From Bugula neritina (taxonomy: Eukaryota > Animalia > Bryozoa), in the NCBI GenBank assembly GCA_964035545.1, contig OZ037771.1, forward strand, positions 1 to 64,000: a stretch of 64,000 bases of DNA. Direction: 5' to 3'. The notes beneath the pieces were generated by a model, which was given only the letters and a program-made list of their open reading frames with translations, searched no databases and was not told the origin of the DNA. Positions 28,555 to 46,362 of this stretch are shown here, piece after piece. Position numbers and translations under genes: made by a program. Position 1 is the first letter of the stretch. The number at the start of each line of letters is the position of its first letter.

Positions 28555-31500
28555 AGTATATTGTGTAGCCCTGGTATCCACCCCACGGGTAATTCCATCC
28601 TAAAACACAATTTAGAGATAGTAGTTGTGTAAACTCAATACTTTGCAACTAACATTACCTATTTTTATTATGGCCATAGCAATTGTTGAACAAAAATAAC
28701 ACCTACTCCACTAACAACTTTGTCTCAAACTGAATTTATTAACTATTCTTCATCAAATAAATTGTGTACACCAATAAATGAAAAATGAAACTTACCTTAT
28801 ATATTAGCCTGCATGTACTGTAAGCCTTTGGTGCTGTAAAACCTTTAGATGAAAGATGAGCCTTTTTAAAACAACCAACTCTCAAGATAATTCCTGTTGC
28901 TTGAAGAGAGATGTGCCTTTCCAAAGACTGAATGAAGAGAGAGCTGACAGTGCAGGGTTTATATTAGTCTAGAAAAGAGCTTTTTTCTGGAATAGCCAAA
29001 ATAGCTGTACATAAGCAAATAACACAACAGAGAAAAACATAATGTAGCTAACATAGCCTAATGTAGCTAACATAGCCTAGTGTAGCTAACATTATAGCTA
29101 TGTTAATACAACTAAAGCTGTAATGATTCAACAAAAGCTTTCCCTGCTCATGTAATGTCTCAACAACTTTCATGCCTTATACAGCGTGTATCTGTAAAAG
29201 CATGTATGCCCAAATTTCAACAGCCAATGGGTTATGCAGGATAGTTGATGCGGACAACATATTTTCTCCCTTAAAGTGCAGTAGAAACACATAACACACG
29301 AATTCCCAACCTTTTCCTAATATTCCCCCCTTTCATGACTATCAACTATATAAATTACCACTTTTTGACAAGTGAAATATTTTTATAACTAACATCATAA
29401 TAATATAGGATACAACAATATGTATCTTGTGAAACGTATAACAGTGTTCACAGCTTTAAAGCCATGCATGACACACCAACAATTATATAGAGAAATCAAA
29501 GCAGACATCCACAATAAAAGTGACTTTAAAGCAACCAAATTTAGTTGAAGCATCAAAAACTAGTTTTAGAGACTACAGAAAATAAGTACATTGTATAATG
29601 CATAATACCAGAGGTATATAGTTAAGTTATGTGAGACTTTAGCTGAATTAATCTGCTACTGCTAAAACCTATTCCCTATAGTAATTTAAAATTGGAATAT
29701 TCAGCTGATTGGGGTAAAATAATATAATTATGATATAAAAGTAGACATCAACCACCATGCACAGGTATGTATAATCTGGTAAAGTTAAGGCACATAAAAA
29801 ATCCAAGTCATATCGACTCACAGAGAAGTAAAATAATATATCAGTTTAACTTTAGTGCAACTTTTATTAGTACTTCTTGTAAATACAACTCGATGAAAAG
29901 TATGAAACATTTTACTGGTTGAATTGTGATTAAATAAAAATTTCCGAATAATTCTATAAGTAGTTTAATCAAGGAATCATGTTATACTTATACTTATCTT
30001 GTTGGGACTTTACAGAAGTTGGGAAAGCTTTTCCCTAATATATTATAGCTTTTCATGTATTATTACAGCTAGGCAAGCTATATTACAATTTTTCCACACT
30101 AATTATGGCTACTACAAAATAGCTGGCCTTTTTGACTGGTATAACAACCCAGCATTTTCACCTATCTTTACGCTTGCTTCTTGCAACTACGCTTACAACT
30201 TATGATGTAACTGTTTTCACTTTGCTACTTTCTTTTAGACTGCTACAATAAATATCTCTATATATTAAAAACAACAGAAAGTACCTTCGTATAGCTCATC
30301 CAGCTGACACATGCCAAGAATAATCTAGAATGACTTTGTCCAACTTTACACCCAATTGGTTGGTTGTCCAGTAGCTGACCATGTGACCATCACATCAGTT
30401 ACTGTAAGAATAAAGCAGAGTCGCATATCATGAAAAACAATGAAATAAAATGCTTAATTCATATAACAGTGGTAAAGAAAGCAACAGAAGCAAAATGGAG
30501 AAGTACAAAAGAAAATTCACATTCTTATTGGTGTATAGATGTATAAAAGAATGTCATAATTATTTAAATAAAAAACAAAATTTGTTGACAGAACCATAAT
30601 AAAAAATCTAAAATGAAAGCCTGCGACTTGGTTTTCTTACCACAAGCAAGCATAGCACTATGTAAACTTATATTCTTTAATAAGAGGTTTTCACACAGTT
30701 GGCAATAAATTGACATAACAATAAATATGATTGAAGAGTGCTCATTTAGATGGAATAAAGCGTGGTTATAGCATTTACATGAAACAGCTGAAATTAAACA
30801 ACTCCAAAGTCAAATAAATTACTTATTGATGGTGTTCAATGAAGGCAATGATTTCATTACCATAAAAAGTAAAATCTTAAAATAAAATTCTAATCATGTG
30901 CTGATTTCTCATCTCTTAGGTCAAATTTTGTATTGACATTCAGACAAACAAGGATAAGATGCATATATTTCCACTTCTACTCAGCTCATATTCTCCTGGC
31001 TATATGTTCCAACACACTACTGAAAAATTAGACATGCAAAAGGTATAATAACCAGCTAACCTCACACTTCAAATAGAGTAGTATGTAGTACACCTCAGTC
31101 TGAAAATAGCTCAGGTCAAGTAGAGATCAAACAACTCCAACTAATACCAAAACATCCAGAAGGAATAATATGAAGCAGCCATCAGTAACCTGTAAGTGAA
31201 ACAAACTAACACTGAGTTTGAGCCAGGAAGGTTACATACATAGCTAAAGCTGGGTAAGGTTTGTAAGAGCCTTTACAATGGGCTGTTTTAACTTTATTTT
31301 GGAAACATGTTTGAAAATTCTTGAATGAAATAAACAGCCGTAATTTTTTAAAACTAAAAGCAGAAAAACAGCCAAGTGTTACACTGCAAAATCAATCAAC
31401 AGTGGAGTTCATAGCTAACAGGACATATAGTATGAATATTTTATGTGCCACACTCACACAGTTGCATTTTAATCATCACTCTATACAGTTCTATGTGCAC

Positions 31501-32790
31501 AACTTTACAAAGTTATATATTCTACACTTTATACAATTATATTGCCACTTTTATCAAAAGCACATGCTTCACTTCACAGAGAAAATTATCATAAATAATA
31601 AATACCTAATTATAACCAAGATGGGGCTCTCAGAACTGACCACAGTTGGCTAGGTCCTATATTCCTGGTGTAGACCATATGTTCTCTAATGTGTGAATAT
31701 CTGAGCTGCTCGGAAACATTCTAAAAAACAAAAAGACATTTGACAAATTAAAATTTTTGATTAAATGACAGACATGCATGAGACAACTCATAGAGGCATA
31801 GGCTGTAAAATCTAGAGTATTGGAAATTTACATCGTGATAAAATAAACATAGTCTACAGAACCAGAAAAGAAATTTCTTTGAATCAGAAACATAACTTGC
31901 TTTTATAGTTACAGCAGCTTAAACTGAATATTCAACTTGTCAATTTCGAGGTATTATTATGATCATAATGAGTATGTAACTAAAATAAAGTCAAACAAAT
32001 GAAATCATTGGGCATAAGTTCAACTTGATTGTACTGGTATAAGGCTATAGTGAAAAAAATTAAAACATTTGATTTCAATTATACTATTATTCTCAGTATT
32101 GATTTTGTAGTTTAGTTCAACAGACCAGAGAAGAACAGGGTAAAAGTTATGTTGAAATTAAGCCAACTTGAAGCTAAGCTAAATTGAAATTCATTATAAG
32201 CCTTGCAGTTGCATCTGCTCAAATGACTGCAGAATCAAATTGACTAGAAATGGGTAGTAACCTATTAATTAAATACAATATTCAATGTGAATTCCAAGCC
32301 TATGAATAAATACAGATTAACAATCAGTAAAAGGTTAGTAAAAAATATTAAATAAAATGCTAAATAATGGATTACCTTGGTGCAATGACAGTTTCAGTTA
32401 AGCAACTTACTATATAGTGACAGTGCAGCAGACGTGTTCAGTCTCCTGTAACTGATCACGTGACTATTGCTGCGTCATGTGTTATATTTCATGACTCATC
32501 ATCACCCTGAAGGTTCCAATGGTATTACCAAATCAGTGACCTGTATGCAGCAAAGAAAATGTACACTAATTTTAGTGCTTCAAGTTTCAGAATCTAATGA
32601 AGGGAAAACATAGATGTAGCAATCAAATACTTTTAAAAATTTGTCCCCTTAATTTAAGCACCATTTTCAATCATGTTCAGGGCAAAATAAACTGGAAAAG
32701 AAGATAGACCATGCTAAAGTAACCATCAAAAAAAGAAACACAAATTAACATCGCAAAGAGACACAAAGAAATTGAATAGGTGACTTAAAG
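28555..32790 (-). repeat. Inverted copy of the left-arm subtelomeric unit
   Basis: 28555-30930 is the reverse complement of ~24050-26410; 31050-31250 ~ 18510-18720; 31250-32400 ~ 16030-17640; 32390-32790 ~ 15630-16060. ORF-track twins MERHISLQATGIILRVGC at 26021(+) and 28924(-). Confidence 0.92.
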
Positions 32791-33270
32791 AAACTATTCC
32801 TCCCCCCCCCCCTTCCCTAAATGTTGACTATTAATTTCTCCCTTTTCGAAAAGCGAAGAAGTTGTATGACTGACATAAATGCTTATAGTTATGCTAGTAG
32901 TACTAAGTACAGATTTCTGATACTCACACTGACACTATAGCTATAACTATGATAATCATAATTATTATCATACTATCATAGTGATACTTGTGATCAACTT
33001 TAACTTTATAATTATTATTATCACTATCACTATGACTTAGACTATCAGCAAATGACACCTCACACCTGGCAGTGGTACTTGTGTATTTTAGAAGTTAATT
33101 TTTAAGTAATTCAAAACTTACATATTCGTGGAAAAGTTAGATCATCTTAAGAAGCAGTACTTGTCAAGTATCCTTAATAAGTGATTAACCTAAGTGATTG
33201 ACTTTGATTGATTGCGATCAGTTCATCTGATTATGAGTGCCTTTGCAACATCGTCTGCTTTTAGTCACAC
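28555..33270 (-). ncRNA. Putative spliced lncRNA, right arm (transcribed toward telomere)
   Basis: GTAAGT donor at 33121-33116 just downstream of the promoter motif. The same exon modules recur with intact splice ends, e.g. ~31606-31720, ~30285-30401, ~28796-28927. Confidence 0.42.
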
Positions 33271-33280
33271 GAAACAGGTC

Positions 33281-33298
33281 ACGTGCTTGTTACGTCAT
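33281..33298 (-). promoter_or_regulatory. CRE/E-box motif, putative promoter of right lncRNA unit
   Basis: Reverse complement of 11763-11780. Includes TGACGTAA and overlaps CACGTG, next to CGCGCG. Confidence 0.5.
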
Positions 33299-33693
33299 AT
33301 ATTACTACGCGCGATAAAACTTTCTTGATGCAGCACAAGGTGTGGAGCCGCTGAGTTCAGTAGCTGATGTTTTTTAATTTAGATAATCATTTTATTTGAA
33401 AGCTGCACTCAGAGTCTCCTAAATATAAGCTATTAGAGTTTAGAGTAAATATTACTTTAGAGTTATGAGTAACATTACTCTAGAGTGTAAAATTATAATA
33501 TTACTTGGGAGTTTAGAGTGGAGAGCAACATAACTTTAGAAGTTAGAGCAACATAACTTTAGAGTTTAGAATAATATTACTTTAGAAATTAGAGCAATAT
33601 TGTCTGAATAAATGATAAAGGAAATTCAAGTTTGTTGATGGCATAATACAAACATGTATGAGAGAGTGTGCTACCCTACATCACATTTCAGTG

Positions 33694-39913
<6,220 letters not shown>

Positions 39914-40269
39914 GTCTAGCTGTTTAGTGTTTAGCTGTTTAGTGTTTAGTGTACCCCACCTACACAGTAGCTGCAGCTCTCTAGCAGAATAAAAGGTTAT
40001 GAATATTTCTAAACAACTCAGCAAGGTCACGCCTTAAAATAGAGAATTGAGCCAATCAGCACAGCCATGTGTAGGCTCTCTCATTTGATTGATAGCAGCT
40101 TGCAACATTGCATAATATTACTATTCTACCTAACATCCTAGATGGGTTAGATCATACTGGTATTATATATAGTAACAATGGCATTGCATACTGTAATATA
40201 CTGTTACATATATATGTATATATATGTATATATACATATATATATATACATATATATATACATATATAT

Positions 40270-40347
<78 letters not shown>

Positions 40348-40354
40348 TTATATA

Positions 40355-40541
40355 GGTTACAATTGACCAAGATCTTTTATTTTAAAATCAATTATATCAC
40401 CTACAAGTTTATTTCGTAGCATGAAACTTCTGCCACTGTCAGCGTGATGTATAAAATAATGTTTTATACTTCACCACATCGAAACAAATTTGTAGGTGAT
40501 ATAATTGATTTTAAAATAAAAGATTTTAGTCAATTGTAACC
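40355..40541. mobile_element. MITE-like hairpin element next to (TA)n
   Basis: ~60-bp inverted arms GGTTACAATTGACCAAGATCTTTTATTTTAAAATCAATTATATCACCTACAA... / ...TTGTAGGTGATATAATTGATTTTAAAATAAAAGATTTTAGTCAATTGTAACC, flanked by TATA on both sides. Confidence 0.75.
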
Positions 40542-40783
40542 TATATAATTTTAGTATCTAGCTCAACTTTCCTAGAAAATTTTGAGCATTTTTCAATAAC
40601 TAGTATTACAATATATTCTACATATTTTGTATGTGTGTGCGTGCATGCATGTGTGTGTGTATGTAGTAGCAATGGTATTACAAGGTTAGCATATCTCTGG
40701 TGGTGTGCCTGTGATTTGTTTATTGTAAAAAACTGAGACAAACAAATGACTAATACATTGAGTAATAAGTAGTTGGGTAGATA

Positions 40784-41067
40784 TACAGTACTTACAGTAA
40801 CTACACAGTACTTACAGTACCTACAGTACTTACAGTAAACACACAGTACTTACAGTAAACACACAGTACTTACAGTAAACACACAGTACTTACAGTAAAC
40901 ACACAGTACTTACAGTACTTACAGTAAACACACAGTACTTACAGTAACTACAGTACTTACAGTAAACACACAGTACTTACAGTACTTACAGTAAACACAC
41001 AGTACTTACAGTACTTACAGTAAACACACAGTACTTACAGTACTTACAGTAAACACACAGTACTTAC
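40784..41067. repeat. ACAGTACTT/ACAGTAAACAC compound minisatellite
   Basis: Direct tandem units visible. Confidence 0.93.
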
Positions 41068-41368
41068 AACAGAAGAGTGACAGAGGTGAATGCAAATATA
41101 CCAATGATCTCTTAAACATGAGATTTCTGGTTGTGCGAAACTACGGGTCTGGTAAAAGATTGCACACAAAAAGATTGAAGAAAATTGTAAAATAAAATGG
41201 CCACTTAAAAATATCTGAAAGAGTTTAATGAATGTGAAGAAAAGTCAAAATATCAAACATAAAAAGAAGTGCAAGTGTGGTATAGACACTAGCATTGCTA
41301 GACAATAGAAACAAATAAATCACTTATATTAGAAAATAAAAGAGAAACAGCAAACAGCAACAAACGTG

Positions 41369-41972
41369 TGGTGCAGCACTAACAGAGTATTGGTGCAGCA
41401 CTAACAGAGTATTGGTGCAGCACTAACAGAGTATTGGTGCAGCACTAACAGAGTATTGGTGCAGCACTAACATAGTATTGGTGCAGCACTAACAGAGTAT
41501 TGATGCAGCACTAACAGAGTATTGGTGCAGCACTAACATAGTATTGGTGCAGCACTAACAGAGTATTGGTGCAGCACTAACAGAGTATTGGTGCAGCACT
41601 AACAGAGTATTGGTGCAGCACTAACAGAGTATTGGTTCAGCACTAACAGAGTATTGGTGCAGCACTAACAGAGTATTGGTTCAGCACTAACAGAGTATTG
41701 GTGCAGCACTAACATAGTATTGGTGCAGCACTAACATAGTATTGGTGCAGCACTAACATAGTATTGGTGCAGCACTAACAGAGTATTGGTGCAGCACTAA
41801 CATAGTATTGGTGCAGCACTAACAGAGTATTGGTGCAGCACTAACATAGTATTGGTGCAGCACTAACATAGTATTGGTGCAGCACTAACAGAGTATTGGT
41901 GCAGCACTAACAGAGTATTGGTGCAGCACTAACAGAGTATTGGTGCAGCACTAACAGAGTATTGATGCACTA
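41369..41972. repeat. 22-bp minisatellite starting at the ACOT9 stop codon (3' UTR)
   Basis: TGGTGCAGCACTAACAGAGTAT, about 27 copies. Confidence 0.95.
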
Positions 41973-44900
41973 CTGAGAACTTCTCCAGATGCTCATAGCC
42001 TCCTCAAAGCGACGCCGTGAGTCCAGGTAGATCATACTCTCGGCGTAGGATTTGGGCAAGACAACGGGCACCGGAGATTTGTCTGCTCTTTCTATTGTGA
42101 AATGAAACTCATTGGTTGTGTGACTACTTCCTGTTTTGGGATTTTTAACATCGGCATGAACTCTAATCTGAAATATAGTAGAGAGTGTGTGATTGGCTAT
42201 ACATGCAACCTGGTGAATAGTAGAGAGTGTGTGATTGGCTACCCACCTGCATCCTGTGACCATCCGTGTACCCGACTTGAGATGAGAGATAGAGAAATGA
42301 GCCAATAGAAACCGGAGCTCTGAATATGATGTCATCCACAGCCACCGTTATACATCTGCAGTACAGAGTATATACATCTACAGTACAGAGTATATATATC
42401 TACAGTACAGAGCATATATATCTACAGCACAGAGTATATATATCTACAGTACAGAGTATATACATCTACAGTACAGAGTATATATATCTACAGTACAGAG
42501 TATACACATCTACAGTACAGAGTATATACATCTACAGTACAGAGTATACACATCTACAGTACAGAGTATACACATCTACAGTACAGAGTATATACATCTA
42601 CAGTACAGAGTATATACATCTACAGTACAGAATATACACATCTACAGTACAGAGCATATTTATCTACAGTACAGAGTATACACATCTACAGTACAGAGTA
42701 TACACATCTACAGTACAGAGTATATACATCTACAGTACAGAGTATACACATCTACAGTACAGAGTATACACATCTACAGTACAGAGTATATACATCTACA
42801 GTACAGAGTATACACATCTGCAGTACAGAGTATACACATCTACAGTACAGAGTATATACATCTACAGTACAGAGTATATACATCTACAGTACAGAGTATA
42901 CACATCTACAGTACAGAGTATACACATCTACAGTACAGAGTATATACATCTACAGTACAGAGTATACACATCTACAGTACAGAGTATACACATCTACAGT
43001 ACAGAGTATATACATCTACAGTACAGAGCATACTGCTATACCTGCTCTTTGAATACACACAGGCGTTGGCCCACGCCAATTCAAATGCTTGTCTCATCAG
43101 AAATCCACCAAATATCTTGTTGTAAATATTCTTCTGTTCAGGAAAACAGATGCGAACTGTTTTTAACATCGCGTCTTCCATCCAAATTGTATCTAATAAT
43201 AATAACAGTAATATAGTACAGATAGCAGTAATATAGTACAGATAGTAGTAATATAGTACAGATAGTAGTAATATAATACAGATAGTAGTAATATAGTACA
43301 GATAGTAGTAATATAGTACAGATAGTAGTAATATAGTACAGATAGTAGTAATATAATACAGATAGTAGTAATATAGCACAGATAGTAGTAATATAGTACA
43401 GATAGTAGTAATATAGTACAGATAGTAGTAATATATTACAGATAGCAGTAATATAACACAGATAGTAGTAATATAGTACAGATAGTAGTAATATAGTACA
43501 GATAGTAGTAATATATTACAGATAGCAGTAATATAACACAGATAGTAGTAATATATTACATATAGTAGTAATATAATACAGATAGTAGTAATATAATACA
43601 GATAGTAGTAATATATTACAGATAGTAGTAATATAATACAGATAGTAGTAAAAGCAGAGGGCATGTATTACACACCTGCAGGCTTGCGCCGAACTTTAAA
43701 AGTTGTGGCAGTGGAATCGAGAGTGTCTATGAATATTTTGTGAATCAGGGATCTCTCCGACTCGTTGGGAATTGTCTTCAACAAAGATTCTTCAGACATG
43801 CTTTTCCTGAGTGCCTGGTGATTACGACTAAATTCTAATATCCTCTTCTCTTCAGAATTACGGGCATGTAACCTGTTGACAATAGCTGCCTTGTTTTCTA
43901 CAGGATCCCTGGCTACCATCACAAATACGGCTTCTGTAATATATTATACAATATTATAGTATATTCAGTATATTATTATAGTATATTCAGTATATTATTA
44001 TACTATATTCCGTATATTATAGTATATTACAGTATATTCAGTATATTATACTGTATTACAGTATATTCAGTATATTATAGTATATTCAATATATTATAGT
44101 ATATTCAATATATTATAGTATATTTAGCATATTATAGTATATTCAGTATATCATACTATATTACAGCAAATTTGATATATTATACAAACACACCCTCCTA
44201 CCTAACAATTTCATATCCACTCCTTCACTGTTTAGTTGGGAGACTTGAATAGTCGACTCCATTGATGACTTGCCCACCCATGAAACGTGACCAGTTAACT
44301 TGATGTCTTCATCTATGGAGACATCATTGAAGGCAGACGTGAGGTCAATTCTATCAACAAGTACCGTCCAAATAGCTCTCGGTACCAGCACTTCTCCAGC
44401 CTACATTGTAAGTATATGTTACTGTAGGTATATGTTACTGTAGGTAGAACACACTGTAAGTATATGATACTGTAAGTATATGTTACTGTAAGTATATGTT
44501 ACTGTAGGTAGAACATACTGTAAGTATATGTTACTGTAAGTAGAAGAGAAATACTTACTGCCAGTCCAGGAACTAAGTTATGTTTGTAGCAACAAGCAAC
44601 AGCAAGAGTGTCCAAGTCTTCCAACAGACGGCCAAATCTCACTTGATTGTAGGGATTGAGATACTTAAGCTTGTCTTTCCCGCCAGTGCTAAGAGGAATA
44701 ACTCCTGTGATCAGACTATCTGACATAAACTTAGAGGGAAGCTGTGATTGGTCAGATGGTACTTTAGACATAACAGACTTTCTGTTGGCTGTCTGTAACC
44801 ATATTTCTTGTGATTTCATCATCTTTTGCATGTTATCTCTCATAGTCTGTGGGTGAATATATTATAATATGTAGAATGCTATAGTACCATGCTATGCTAT

Positions 44901-45292
44901 ACGCTATAGCACAATGCTACGCTATACGCTATAGTACCATGCTATGCTATACGCTATAGTATCATGCTATGCTACACGCTATACTACAATGCTACGCTAT
45001 ACGCCATAGTACCATGCTATGCTATACACTATAGTACCATGCTACGCTATACGCTATAGTACAATGCTATGCTATACGCTATAGTACAATGCTACGCTAT
45101 ACGCTATAGTACAATGCTATGCTATACGCTATAGTATGAATTACTTGCAGGCAATAAGGAATGGTATATAAAGGATACCTTCATATCAATGAGTTCAGTT
45201 ACATCATGCATCTTTCTCCACAACTGATTAGACCCAGGAGACCATAATTTCACTTTCCAAATCTTCATATGATTTGAGAAAACAAGAGACAT
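41970..45292 (-). CDS. ACOT9: Acyl-CoA thioesterase 9, mitochondrial-like (~438 aa, 7 coding exons)
   Basis: Exons 45292-45179, 44846-44559, 44400-44202, 43933-43676, 43192-43042, 42355-42247, 42167-41970 join in frame. Motifs VRFGRLLEDLD, GHVSWVGKSSME, FVMVARDP, KIFGGFLMRQAFELAW, VDDIIFRAPVSIGS, TTNEFHFT, PKSYAESMIYLD. Confidence 0.95.
42349..43035. repeat. 22-bp acceptor-containing minisatellite filling ACOT9 intron 5
   Basis: TACATCTACAGTACAGAGTATA; sense strand reads CTGTAG|ATGTA in each unit. Confidence 0.95.
43203..43650. repeat. 20-bp intronic minisatellite (ACOT9 intron 4)
   Basis: GATAGTAGTAATATAGTACA units. Confidence 0.95.
43936..45137. repeat. Intronic minisatellites of ACOT9 introns 3, 2 and 1 (43936-44160, 44407-44542, 44877-45137)
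   Basis: Degenerate TATATTCAGTATATTATAG units; 16-bp GTAAGTATATGTTACT; 25-bp ATAGTACCATGCTATGCTATACGCT. Confidence 0.88.
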
Positions 45293-46154
45293 CTTACTAC
45301 ACCCTACAAGTAATACAAATTTCTTTCTTATACATTAAATGAGAAAACACAAAACTCGTCAACAGGGGAAGGCAATGACACTGCTATGATTTTAGTAATT
45401 ATACAATATAAAGTAATAGCTTAGTTTTCCTCTGTAAACTCAGTAGTGTGCAGCCTACTCAGGCTAACGTCCTACACTGAGCACTACTCCAACTAATTCA
45501 TAAACAGAAATGCTAAGAAAAAGGAAAGGCCCTAAATTGTGCTCATCTCAAAACTCCTGAAAACACTAGCACAACGATAATAGCCGCGACTAACCATCAT
45601 TAGAAAATAATTTTGATTTTAGCATATTTGAAAAAATAATGTACAAATGCAAACGCTGAAACTAAAATAAAGTTCCGATAACAAGTTCGTCCAATTTTTT
45701 TTGAAACCGAGTCATGTTAATTACTCCATCAAAAAACCCTTGACTTGAATTAACATGGCTTAGACCCAATATAGCTTACGAAGATAAACTTTGAATCATA
45801 GCAGCCAGTTTAATAACTTCTACAATAAATATAATGACTACATATTAATATTCAGTCTACCCTTAATGGTTCATTATTTGTTCAATACCCAGAGTGATAA
45901 CCAAAGTGATCATTAGGATAATGAAAATTCTGTAGATAAATAGTATGATACTAGCTATCGTATATACCTGTTTAACAGGCATTATAGATAAATAGAATTA
46001 ATTATCACGATAACCATCAACATATATGCCATTACTCATTCTTAATAACTATATCAAAGTGTATGTATATGTAATATGTATATAGTTATATATTAAAATA
46101 AAAGTACGCCAACAATATGATAAAATTACAGAAGCATTATTAGTGATTACTAAG

Positions 46155-46362
46155 AGAGCAGCCGTGGTCTAGGGGTTAGAGCGTTTGCCTAGTAAGCAGT
46201 CACGGGTTTGAACCCCTACAAAGGTCATTGGTGATGTTAGGAAGAGCATCCAGTCGTAATTGCTCCTGTGCCTCATCTAAATGAGTCCTTGGCCGGTTTC
46301 AACAAAAATCCTTTTCATCAGGGGTTTCTCACAGGGATAGTGACTATACACTTGTGTGAGTT
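46155..46362 (+). mobile_element. tRNA-derived SINE with V-SINE-like central domain
   Basis: A box TGGTCTAGGGGTTAG and B box GGGTTTGAACCC, then TGGTGATGTTAGGAAGAGCATCCAGTCGTAA resembling the V-domain core. Perfect 18-bp TSD TTATTAGTGATTACTAAG at 46137-46154 and 46363-46380. Confidence 0.88.

Noticed and set aside
12372-33270. snoRNA host gene or telomeric retrotransposon (TRAS/SART/HeT-A-like)
   Set aside because: No convincing C/D or H/ACA boxes found by eye, and no gag, RT or endonuclease ORF. An Rfam scan is still advisable.
46155-46230. tRNA gene
   Set aside because: No complete cloverleaf; it continues into a SINE body and is bounded by an 18-bp TSD.
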